A stretch of 63,963 bases of DNA, counting the filler, from Atractiella rhizophila (lineage: Eukaryota): assembly GCA_021432655.1 (NCBI GenBank). It is 4 parts of 4 records of this genome, joined end to end, with 100 filler letters (N's around TTAATTAATTAA, not from the genome) between each part and the next. Parts side by side here need not be neighbours in the genome. Positions count along the whole stretch, not along the records: positions 1 to 20,524 come from MU271832.1; 3 more parts are not named here. One strand, written 5' to 3'. Under the pieces are notes generated by a model that was not told the DNA's origin, ran no database searches, and saw only the letters and a program-made list of their open reading frames with translations. A program made the position numbers and the translations under genes. This document shows positions 1 through 10,223 of the stretch, one piece after another (position 1 is the first letter of the stretch; each line of letters opens with the position of its first letter).

Positions 1-1199
1 AGGTAAGGGGTTAATTTATTTCTTCATTTGAACAATGCTTAGCATGAAATAAAGGTTGAGCCACCACTGCCCACATTAGTGCAGCAATCAAGAGCGTGAA
101 CAATCGTGCCCAAGGTGCAACTATCGGAAGCCACCTTGTCAATACGTCCAATGACAATTCCGTTGATGGCTTCCTCTGCTTTGCTTCGCCCTCTCCTACA
201 CTCAAACCCACAACATGTTCATGATCGTCCTTAGGAATGGCTTGATATGCGTTAAGCAGTGAGCAGTGATGTAGCCTTTTCTGCAGAAGAGCAGCACCAA
301 TCAAACCCAGGACGAGGTTCTCAGTAACTATTGTGAACACTTCTGCAGAACGTTCAAATTGTCAAATTGCTCTCTACCCTCGAGGCTTCCAGGAACGGCA
401 TGAAAATGGATCCCAGAATCTCTTTTCCATGCAATAAGGAAGCCTTCCCTCGAGACAACGATGAGAGGTATAGTTCCAGATCCCAAGGTCATGGCACACG
501 CCGTGTAGACATCTTCCGGATGGATTCGATGTTGATCTCAACCTAGAAGAGGGACGTTGGCATAGAAGCTTTTCACCATAGTGGAACTACGATTGTTGTA
601 GATAGTATTACTAATGTTCATCATACTTGCGTTGCATTGCACATAAATATTGTTCATTTGTTGAAGCAAAATTCTGACGACCTCCTTCACCAGTCCTACA
701 ACATCCTCACGCCGGACTGGTAGTCCGGGCAGGATGGAGTTCGTAGAAGCTATGACTTGAAGCACTTCATGCCAGATCGGGCTCCGTTCTCCATACTATA
801 TTCGCACCACTAATGGGACAACCTTGACACCTCTTTTCAACCCTGAATTTGGCAGAGAGAAGCAGCTCTCTTCATTCAAGCGGGAACATGCCGAAACACA
901 TATCTTATCTTTGAATTTTGTGTGGAAAGGAGTGAATAAGAGCAATACTCTTATAAATATTCACCTCCAAGAGGATACCTCTTTGGCCCACCAATGGGAC
1001 AAGCTGACGGAGTATGTAAAAGGCGAATACATGGTGCAAATACAGTAGGAGAGCCGCGTTTACTAAGACATACAGACCATGTTTCTCTCTTGAGAGCGCA
1101 ACGTTAATTCCATTCGGCAACTAAGTCAACCGCGTCAGGGCACTATCCAAACAAGAGCACAAAGGCAAACTTTCAGGAAACCTATCTTTCCAGTCGTTG

Positions 1200-3860
1200 G
1201 GGTCGTGTCGTCCTCATAATATGTTGACATCCGATCCAAGCTTGTTGAAGAACTTTATTGGTAGCGTGGTGAAAGAGCTGCGGTGCCATGAGTAAGTGGT
1301 TTCATTATGATCAAATAAACAGACAGACCGGTTGCCATATAGCGCTTCTTAGTCTTCATCGGATCATAGTAGGCATCCAATTTAGTAAGGCCCATAGTGA
1401 CGGCGTTATTCACAGTTACCTTCGTAGGATCTTGGACAATCTTCACCAAAGATTTTCGAAGGCAATAAAGCGTTGGTAACACATCTCCAAGGTGTGACGC
1501 CGAAGCTTGCAGGAGCATCGTTCCATCCTTGTATGGCTACGGAAGTGGGTGTCAGACAGAGCAGCTTTATGTATAGAAGCGAATTGAATAACATACTTTA
1601 AAAACATCGGCAATAATATTCACTTGCTTCCACTCTGGTTCACTAAGAGCATAAACACCGAATGTAGTGCAGTATTTTACACGAAACCTCTGCAGTGCCT
1701 ATTGTTGCCAGCAATCAGTAAGAAATGAGCTCAGTTGACAAAGAAACTACATACATGTTGGATGGAATATGCTCTTGCTAGCACATTGTGCTCTGAATTC
1801 CATCGTGTACCATTAGCCTTGAGACGGAGGAGATTGTGCTGGGTGTGACCAGGGGTTAGGTTTCTCGTGATCCCTTTCTGAAAGCACACATCTGTTCACC
1901 AGAAGCACGAAATCATCAGACAAAGGAGTGCTGCCTATATGCTCAACATTACTCACTAGTGGCAGTCAATTTATCACAAGGATATACCTTGTCTCTTGCC
2001 GAGTTATCTGCCTTTCCAGGTACCAATACCTGTGCCATTGCTGTGCGCCGTTGCATCTACGCCGTCCGCCTCATCCATTTCCACATCCAAGGTGCAGACA
2101 GATACGCTGTCATCATCTTCGAACTCTACCTTATCTGATTCCATCATGTCCAGTAGACCGGATGCATTGGACTTGTCACAAGTATCAGGATGGGGTCCTA
2201 CACCCAAAGCATGCAAAGTCGCCTTTGCTGCAAGGTTGATAGCATGGAGGGTACATCCAGCATGGGAGTCATGAGCTTTGCCACAGACCGCCCCAAGACA
2301 AAAGGTTGGCTTCGAAGAACGGAAGGGCAGTGAGTCCATTGGAAGCATGGTCTGATCCAATGTTTCCTGTACAGAGTACTGCTATTAGAATCAAACAAAA
2401 GAGAAACAAAAAGAGTGTGCGTGCCAAATTTCTGCACCAAATTCTTGTCCGCAATTGTCTTCGAGATCTTGCGTGCAAGGACAGGAGCTGTTGATAATCC
2501 ACTCAGAATTGAGCTTCGAAGAACTCGTTCTTGCTTCACCCACCCAGTGTCGATGTAGTGAGCGATAATGGCATGGATATGGTGGAGGCTCCCAAAGCTG
2601 CTCCAGCTATCGTGTTCAATGTGGCCCATGCTTGTGTGCATCTATGCACTAGGATCAGTTTTGCTAAAACGCTGAAATAGGATGGAAGCTTTACATCAAG
2701 CTGGTCCTGTACAACCAGTTGAAGTGCATCGTACAAACGGCCAGCCCACTTGCCTGCTGTCGTTGCTCCATAAAGCGTGCCTCCTGGCCTCAAAAGCCCC
2801 AGGACTTTCTTCAATGCCTGTTCTTCAACAATGTTTACAGCATGATCACCTAGCGGATAATCCATTCCACCGATTTCGGAAGACGTCATCAAGCTCAGCA
2901 GTACTCGGCATCTTGAACAAAGCGAAGGAGGATGGGTCCTCTAGTTGGATCTTCTTCCGTTGTGCAAGGACTTTGGCTGGTTGAGGAGGTAGTTTGATGC
3001 CCTTTGAGGCAGTGAGATCAGGGCGGGGAAATTCATGGAGGTGGGTATTCAGGTTCGAATAGTTGTTACCGTGGATGTTGCGCTCTGCGCTACCGGTGCA
3101 TTGGCAGACATCACTCAAAAAGAGACCATTGATATAAAGCATACCTGCGGAGCAGGCACGTATACCTGCACTTGTTGTCCTTTGTTCCACGTGGATAGGC
3201 AGGCATCAAAGGATCAGGCTACATACCATACTTTCAGTACCGAATAAAGGTAAATGAACCGGTTAAAGCACACCTGGTAGCAATTGAAGACAGCTGGGTT
3301 CCCCTCCCCTCGTGATCCATCCATGCTCTCTTCTGCTTCCTTTCCTCATCACTCTCCTCCGTCTCAGGTCCCATTGCATTGAGCTCTGCTTGCATCTGCA
3401 GAATGGTTTTCTTGGTTCGACTTTTTGGCTGCCGCCTCTCCTTCTTCTTTGCAGCCATTTGCGTAGTCTCCTGAGTTGGATCGCATCTGCAGAAGAGTCT
3501 ATGAATCATCAATGATAAACAGCTGGAAAGATACTCAACGCACTGTTTTGCAGGCCGTACATCAATCTCTAAAGGAGATTCATTGTCTGTCAATGCAAGA
3601 CTCACTGTTACCCAGAAACTTAACATCTGCTTCGAAAAAAACAATATAAAATATCTGACCTTCTTCTTTGGCAGAGGTTTACGTATCTGTGTCCATTCAT
3701 CAGCAATCAGCAATCCTACTTCTACACTTTGCATAACAACCTGACAATCGGATCCCAAAGCTACCTGCTCATCATCACTCTCAATCTCTGTTTCTGAGCC
3801 GTTACGATAGCTGCTTTTGCTCTCTTCAGCTTCTGAGGTTTGGTAGTCTGGAATCCTTGA
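1200..3860 (-). pseudogene. Decayed hAT-superfamily transposase (intron-containing, frame-disrupted, C-terminal dimerisation domain not seen)
   Basis: Minus-strand fragments occur in hAT order: acidic N-terminus, BED-finger-like 'NNYSNLNTHL' (~3050), 'HDSWSS..IIAHYIDTGW' (first catalytic D), 'SDHASN' (second D), 'CTLHAINLAAK' (CxxH), 'GTRWNS' (~1800), 'TKLDAYY' and 'LSPRY'. Boundaries are approximate. Confidence 0.8.
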
Positions 3861-3861
3861 G

Positions 3862-6716
3862 ATGGAAGTAAGCGATAGTGGAGAGGATGGCGAACAGGTG
3901 GAGCAAGATGAAATGGAGGTATCCAACTGTGAGCTAGCCGAGATGCTACTAGGAAAGACATTCAAGAAGTCAAAGAAACGAGTCCAGGTTCGTCCTTTAT
4001 TCCATTCAAACAGCCTTGAAAAATGGGCCATGGTGATAGAATGGTCAACCTACCTCTACAATGACAGCCCTTAGTCCTAATAAGCAGCATGTTCAACGCT
4101 CAAAGGTGTGTATCTACTACATCTCAGGTTTCCGTTCTTACTTACCAGCTCATTCAGGTAACTGGCACGCGACAATGAACCACGGTCCATTACTTTTTCA
4201 AACAGATTTCCAAGGATGAGGCGCCAAAACAAATCAAGAAAGGTCATCAGGAAGGGGACAAATACTACGAGTGCAATCACTGTGATTTCATCTGCCGAGT
4301 AGCAAAAACAAGTCACAATAATTACTCTAGCCTGGAATGTCATCTTAGGACGGCTCAAAATCACAGAGGGGCCTATGCCCTTTACCAGAAGTTACAGCTC
4401 ATGGTGCGGAAGAAAGTAGACATCCCTCAAGAGGATATTGATAAGGCAATGGGACACATTCCTGTCCGTATTCACCCTAGCTCTGCACTTAATGTTCGCT
4501 TACCAATTGTAACTTTTATCATAGATTACAGACTCAGATAAAAAGAAGGCAGAGTTACAGGCTATGTCGATTAAGAAGATGATGAACCGACTGATGGAAG
4601 AGTACAAGAATCAGGTATGTCCATCCCTGCATGTTGATTCCTCATTTCACTGTGTAAAGACATTCGACCAAAATGTGTTCGATAATCTTCTCATCAAGTA
4701 CATCGTCAGCACCGACCAGCCCTTTACAACTGTCACCTCTCCTGAGTTCCTTGAACTTCTCCTTTACTTGCATTGGACAGTCCCCATATCCAAGAATCAA
4801 GAGTTTCCAGCTCCAATCGACAGTACTGTTGAAGACGAGGACACTTCGCTCACGAGTGGTGACGAGACCATGGAAGTGAATGAAGAAAAGAAAGGGCTCA
4901 AACTACCGAGCCGTGAACTGTTAAGAGAAAAGTCATGTCAATGGCAAAGGATGTTAGGCGTCAGTTAGGAGAAATGTTTCAGGTGTGTGGTTTCATCAAG
5001 TATGCGGACTCAATTTCACTTTAAAGTCGCAGGCACTGGAAACAAAGATCCACCTTGCTCAAGATTTATGGACATCTGATAACTGTTACTCATTCTTAGC
5101 GATCGTTGTGTCATTCATCAGTGATGACTGGATGCTCGAAGAGGTTCTTATCGACTTCCAAGAGATTGAAGTGCACATACAGGAGAAGCCATTGCAGATG
5201 CAATTATGAAGACGGTAGATGACTATGGTATTGACAGGCAGATAAGGGTCTCTCTACACTCCCTTTACTGGCAAAGGGCTTAGCTTTCCGAACTCTTACA
5301 GCTAGGATGTATCACTGGCGATGGTGCGTCAAATAACATGACCGCTGTGGAACAGATTGAGTCCAGATTGCTAGAGCGTGGCATCCCCTTCAACGCAAAA
5401 GAACGCCACATGTTCTGTTCTCCTCACATCATTCATCTTGCAGCTTTGGAGCTTTTGAAAGTTATCGGTGCTTTCCCGGAGAAGGGGAAGGAGGATGAGG
5501 GAAAGGAATCGGCAGTCTGGCAGGAGGAAGTTACCCGGAAGATCAAGAGGGAAGGTGGAGAACTGCCATTTGAAGACCATTCATAACTCTCGGATGAAGA
5601 ACTGAAGATTCTTGTCCTTGATTGCCGCACACGCTGGTCATCAATACACGATATGCTCGCACTCTGCCTTTGTTATCAGGACGCAATAGAGAATTATGTT
5701 GACCAGTGTGGCTTGGACCGTCAACGTTTGCGGAAAGCAGCGTGGGACGGAGTTGAAGCGGTTGCAACTTGGCTTGAATCTTTTCGCAACGCCACGATCG
5801 AGATGTCAACAACATCCTCTCCATCCTTATCATCGACACTTGGGATGTACGATGGACTTATGGGGGAAATCAAAGAGTTCATCACGACCATGCCAAAAAC
5901 TAAAACTATTCCGAAGGAATTTAGAGATGGATTGGTGAATGCCCATGTGAAGCTGAGCACCTACAATGCTGTGCTAGACAATTCTCCTTATCCTTTATGG
6001 TCTGTCTGTGAGTAGTAAGTCTTGATTGGCACCACTTCAAGTTAACTTCGTTCCGCTTAGTTCTTGACCCTCGTCTCAATCATCACTTCCTTGTGAATCC
6101 CATTTTCAACGAGCATAGGGACACGATTGCAGCCAGCAAAGCAGCTTTGATCAAACATTTCAAGGTCAATTATCTTCGAAAAAGCAAACCATCTTCCTCT
6201 GACAACTCTCATTCTTCTGCACCATCGCAGCTTGACAGTACAAAAACTGTAGCAACACTCTCATATTCAGCGAAACTTATGCAGAAGGCTAATCAGCGTA
6301 TGAAGGTGTTTCAAGAAGATGAGGACTTGCAACCAAATATCTGGTTTAGTCTCCCTCCGCTGGACTGGATGGAGGATCCTTTGGAAATCTATCGCACGAG
6401 GTTGAAAACGGATTTGAAGGAGTGGTCTCAAATGGCAAGGGATATTCTGTCCATTCCTGGTTTGGACTTCCTTCATTCGTCTCCTTATTCAATTCTGAGG
6501 CTGATTATTCATTTTTAGGCTGTTCGGTAGCTGTGGAACGCATCTTCAGCGGAGCATGAGATACAATAGGGATCCGCGGCGCAAGCCTCAAACCGAACAC
6601 TATTCAGTCTCTCATGGTTCTTAAGGCTCAGCTACAATTGGAGAGAGATCGAAAGGCAAAGAAACTAAAGGCAGATCTGGCTGCCATTGTGAAAGGAACT
6701 TCAAGTTGAGCAGGCT
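3862..6716 (+). pseudogene. hAT-superfamily transposase pseudogene
   Basis: BED zinc finger 'YECNHCDFIC...YSSLECHLRTAQNH' (~4265-4365), 'LIKYIVSTDQPFTTV..PEF', 'QDLWTS', 'ITGDGASNN', 'CSPHIIHLAA', 'DCRTRWSS' and dimerisation domain 'MARDILSIPG-CSVAVERIFS'. Disrupted by a 1-nt frameshift near 5171, TAA at 5584 and TGA at 6557. Confidence 0.9.
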
Positions 6717-6824
6717 GAAAAGTTCTTTATACATACATTCACATCTTGACTTCTCAGCTTCACTCAATGCCCTTTATTTTACATCATCTAGCCTAGTAAT
6801 GTCAACATTGCATGTTATTACACG

Positions 6825-7304
6825 ACGTGAGGCGTGTGCCGGCTACAAACCCGTTACCGCCACCTTTGACGTGCGACTCAGCAAATGGAACACGTCTCCC
6901 CGTACCCGCCCACATTCACTTGATGTGACGAAGCTCACGTCGCCCCTACACATGCCACGCCACGCCACGTTGTGCATCCCAAGTCGCCACGAGGGTTTTG
7001 CGAAAGCGGCCGGAGGCCGCAAGCTCAAAATGGTTTTGCGCCTCAGTTTGGTGAGGATCTGGGCAAACTGGTCGCCCCAGGGGTTTGGGCAAGCGGACGG
7101 AGGCCGCAAGCGAAAAATAGTTTTGTGCTTCAATTTTGGGAAAATTTGCTGCCAAAAAGCAGGTCAGAACTGGTCGACCAGTTTTATTGCCGACAACTCC
7201 GACCTTGGGCGACAGGTCTGCTAGGATCTGCGCACAAAACTGGTCGACCTGTTTTGGCCGACCAGTTTTGGAGCAGTTTTTTAACGCCGACATCGCCGAC
7301 CCTG
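6825..7304. mobile_element. Subterminal repeats and terminal end(s) of a hAT-like element downstream of the + strand transposase
   Basis: Clustered CACG motifs (6825-6990), an ~88-bp imperfect tandem duplication (GCGG.CGGAGGCCGCAAGC twice) and repeated AACTGGTCG motifs. Two same-orientation TIR-like termini: CCGACAACTCCGACCTTG ending at 7207 and CCGACATCGCCGACCCTG ending at 7304 (rc CAGGGTCGG.., hAT-like). Confidence 0.65.
7067..7207. repeat. Left arm of a ~141-bp inverted repeat (partner 9771-9912)
   Basis: Reverse complement of 9771-9912 with a few mismatches/indels. Contains the 16-bp palindrome AACTGGTCGACCAGTT (7168-7183). Confidence 0.95.
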
Positions 7305-7620
7305 GGGCCTTCCCAAAATACATCCCAAAAGTGCTCGTTCTCAAAAGCCAGAAATATATTGGACACCGCTACTAGTTGCTCCAGTTTGCCATTCTCTCTG
7401 CTTGCGATGCGGCACCTTTGAATTTAGAACCCTTGCGTTTGCGGGTGCTTTGCCATCCTTACCTCTAAAAGCCATGCGTTCTTGGCATGAGTCATAAAAC
7501 GCACTTTTGAGCGTTCATACCTGCCTCAGCAGGCACATTGAAATGAAATGAATTACACCACCTTACTGCATATGCTTGCGCCTTTCTGAAGCCGCGAGAA
7601 AATTTTGTTCTGAAGGGGGT

Positions 7621-7706
7621 TAAAAAAAATCGTATCATACTGGACTCGAACCCACACAAGCGAGTGGGTTGGGGGCCTGAGGGACGAAGGCCTCAGACAC
7701 ACTTGT
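7621..7706. other. Double-hairpin element: Pol III B-box/oligo-T on the minus strand, or a Helitron-like 3' end on the plus strand
   Basis: Minus strand reads GGTTCGAGTCC, then 12 nt, then T8. Hairpins AACCCAC/GTGGGTT and CTGAGG/CCTCAG are present, the latter followed by ACACACTTGT on the plus strand. No complete cloverleaf. Confidence 0.35.
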
Positions 7707-7777
7707 AACTATCTATTTTCCAAGGGGGCGCCTGTATTAGCTGGCTACAAAGCCCATGAACATCAATTCATTTAGAT

Positions 7778-9559
7778 TCATTCCCATACACCCAAACCCC
7801 CCAACGTCTCGAGAGTCACTTCTTTACCACTTTCTTTACTGATGGTGCGGTTGGCGTCGTCAATATCCTCTTGGAGCCACCCTCCAAAGAACAAAATGAC
7901 CCGTAAATACGGGGAATACATACTTTTGTCAATCCCTCGTTCACCAAAGAACCAGGAGACAAATTCTAGGAAGCCGTAGCAGTCCACGACACAGTACCAA
8001 ACGTCTATCGTCAATATGGCGGTTGCATTTTTGAGCGTACGGAAGAGGTGGGGGTAAACGAGGTTTGAGGTCTCTTCGCTACCATCGAGGTAGAGCTTCG
8101 TGAGGAATGCGAGGTGCAATACATCCAGCGGAGTGGGTAGAATGGTGGTTTGTCCGTCTGGAGAGAAGGGGAGGAGGTAGAGTCGGAGGTATGTCAGGTC
8201 GGGTGGCAGGGGGTTCAAGTTGGTTGAAATGGAGGGAGGGAGGGGACACACATGGAAGAGCTCCAAGCGCTGGAGGCTGGAGGGGAATGAGAGATTTGGG
8301 GATGAGTACAGCGGATATTTGTGAAGTCGCAAATATTCTAGGCCAACAAAAAGTTGAAGTCCGCCTGACGTCGGAGGGGCTGAGTCAGAGGAGATTCCAG
8401 AACAGTCTTCCACATCCCAAGCTACGAGCTTTTTTATCCTTCCACCCTTCCTCCTCATAAAATCCTCCACAAAAGTCTTTTGCCACTTTCTCACAGGTGT
8501 CCCCTCCTTCCGTTCAAATCTCACCTGTTCCAAGCAAGTCAAGCCTTCAATTACTTCCAGTGCCACCTTCGCCTCTTCATCATTCCAAACTGGGCTCAAG
8601 TCCACATCTCTGACATTGGGTGAGCCAATAATAACCTCCTTCAGCATATCAATGCTGATGTACTCGTCGATTTCCAGCATCCTCCACAGACGCCCCGCAT
8701 GAGGATAGCTCTTCAAGCGATCATATTTATCCCTTGCTGAACGAGGCTCATTCGAATGTGGAACTGAAATGGACTGCCAAAGCTGGCAGACGTTGGCGAG
8801 GATTCTATCTGCGACGTTCATTTCTCCTGTGAGAAGAAGTACGAAATCGAAAATGATTGCAAGTAATTCGTTGGGCAAGCGGGAGATGGGGTAAGCTCCC
8901 AAAGATGGGGCAGGAGGAAGGGAGAGCTGGATGATGCTTGTCTCGCCCAAGGGGAGTGATTTGGATTGGGGATCGTCAAGACCGATGGAAGTGAAGCATT
9001 GTTCCTCTTGTGAGTATTGCGCGACTGGGACAAAGATTCCCCGATTGCGGCACGTCGGAAAGAGGCGAAAGGTGCGAATGAAGATCTCAGTGTCTCTTGT
9101 TGTGTGGTTGCTGAAAAGCGTGGGTCCTAACACCTCCACTGAGATCTCGTTCGAGAAGGCGATGTTGGATGTGACTTTGAAATTGATGCAAAGGTCAACA
9201 GTATCGTCGTCGAGCTCATTCCCAAGGAATTCAAGTGCGAAGTAAGCCAACTGCGACAAAAGAACGTCTGGTTGAGAGAAACTAGGCAAGACAAAGGTGA
9301 CCCTGAGCGTGTGGACTGAAGGAGGTATGCGAGCTAGGAAGGATGGTAGGATGGAGAGGTGGAATGAATCACTCCTAGATCGGAAAGGGGCTATGCTAAA
9401 CATATTCATCAAAAAGGATGTGTTGGGGGCTGTCTGCGATGTTGCATTACTCGTATCGACTAGCTCGACTACGCTGGAAGAGCTAGGTTGATTGGGTAGA
9501 GTCTGTTCGGAGTGATAGCTCTGACGGCGCGGATTTCGCATCAGCCCTGTTAGAGACAC
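7778..9559 (-). CDS. Intronless F-box / LRR(RNI)-like protein with uncharacterised N-terminal domain (paralog of 22572-24287)
   Basis: 593-aa open frame (true start probably an internal ATG, e.g. 9542). F-box-like 'ISRLPNELLAIIFDFV...LANVCQLWQ' followed by LxxLxL repeats. Confidence 0.8.
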   Translation of the reverse strand: MSLTGLMRNPRRQSYHSEQTLPNQPSSSSVVELVDTSNATSQTAPNTSFLMNMFSIAPFRSRSDSFHLSILPSFLARIPPSVHTLRVTFVLPSFSQPDVLLSQLAYFALEFLGNELDDDTVDLCINFKVTSNIAFSNEISVEVLGPTLFSNHTTRDTEIFIRTFRLFPTCRNRGIFVPVAQYSQEEQCFTSIGLDDPQSKSLPLGETSIIQLSLPPAPSLGAYPISRLPNELLAIIFDFVLLLTGEMNVADRILANVCQLWQSISVPHSNEPRSARDKYDRLKSYPHAGRLWRMLEIDEYISIDMLKEVIIGSPNVRDVDLSPVWNDEEAKVALEVIEGLTCLEQVRFERKEGTPVRKWQKTFVEDFMRRKGGRIKKLVAWDVEDCSGISSDSAPPTSGGLQLFVGLEYLRLHKYPLYSSPNLSFPSSLQRLELFHVCPLPPSISTNLNPLPPDLTYLRLYLLPFSPDGQTTILPTPLDVLHLAFLTKLYLDGSEETSNLVYPHLFRTLKNATAILTIDVWYCVVDCYGFLEFVSWFFGERGIDKSMYSPYLRVILFFGGWLQEDIDDANRTISKESGKEVTLETLGGLGVWE

Positions 9560-9770
9560 CCCGCCGCTTACATGAGCAAAGACACCTCAGGAAAAGTAAG
9601 GCGTACCATTTACAGGACACATTGACGATTCTGAAAAGTCTGTAGAAGGAGCAACTGCCGACGAGGTCCAAATGGTGAAAGCAAGGGGGGCCGGAGTGGA
9701 GGTGGAAACGCCAAGCCTTGAAAAGCAAGACTTGTGAAACAGGTGAGAACCGTCAGGGCAAGCAACGTAG

Positions 9771-9912
9771 CAAGGTCGGAGTTGGTCGGCAATAAAACTG
9801 GTCGACCAGTTCTGACCTGCTTTTTGGCAGCAAATTTTCCCAAAATTGAAGCGCAAAACTATTTTTCGCTTGCGGCCTCCGTCCGCTTGCCAAACCCCTG
9901 GGGGCGACCAGT
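9771..9912. repeat. Right arm of the inverted repeat; isolated hAT-like element end starting CAAGGTCGGAGTTGGTCGG
   Basis: Reverse complement of 7067-7207. Confidence 0.95.
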
Positions 9913-10223
9913 ATGCCGTCTGCTGCCATCGCTACTACATAGCCAGCTCTCTTCTTCAAGAGCATCAATACTGCATCGATATTTTGACTTCTTTGTACCA
10001 CCGTCACTGCTTTCGGTCACCCTTGCGAACATAACGAGCTTTGACAGTACCCGACAGCAGGGAAGTGGGGCCAAGCAATCAAGCCAGTCTTCATTGTTCT
10101 CGAACATTTGTAGGTAGTCATCCAGTCCGAAGGGAAGAGGGAATGAAGTGTTTTGATGAGATTTGTGTTTTGATGAGATTTGGTTGTCATCAGTTTTGTC
10201 CTCCCACCACAAGATTCACAACA

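Noticed and set aside
1..1130. Short ORF fragments at the window start
   Set aside because: Stop-riddled with no recognisable motif. Probably decayed repeat-associated sequence, but no call can be supported.
6706..7421. Several overlapping ORFs, with similar peptides at 9587-10117
   Set aside because: Translations of the non-coding inverted repeat and subterminal repeats.
7621..7720. Functional tRNA gene
   Set aside because: B-box present, but the T-stem pairs poorly and no acceptor stem or A-box could be built.
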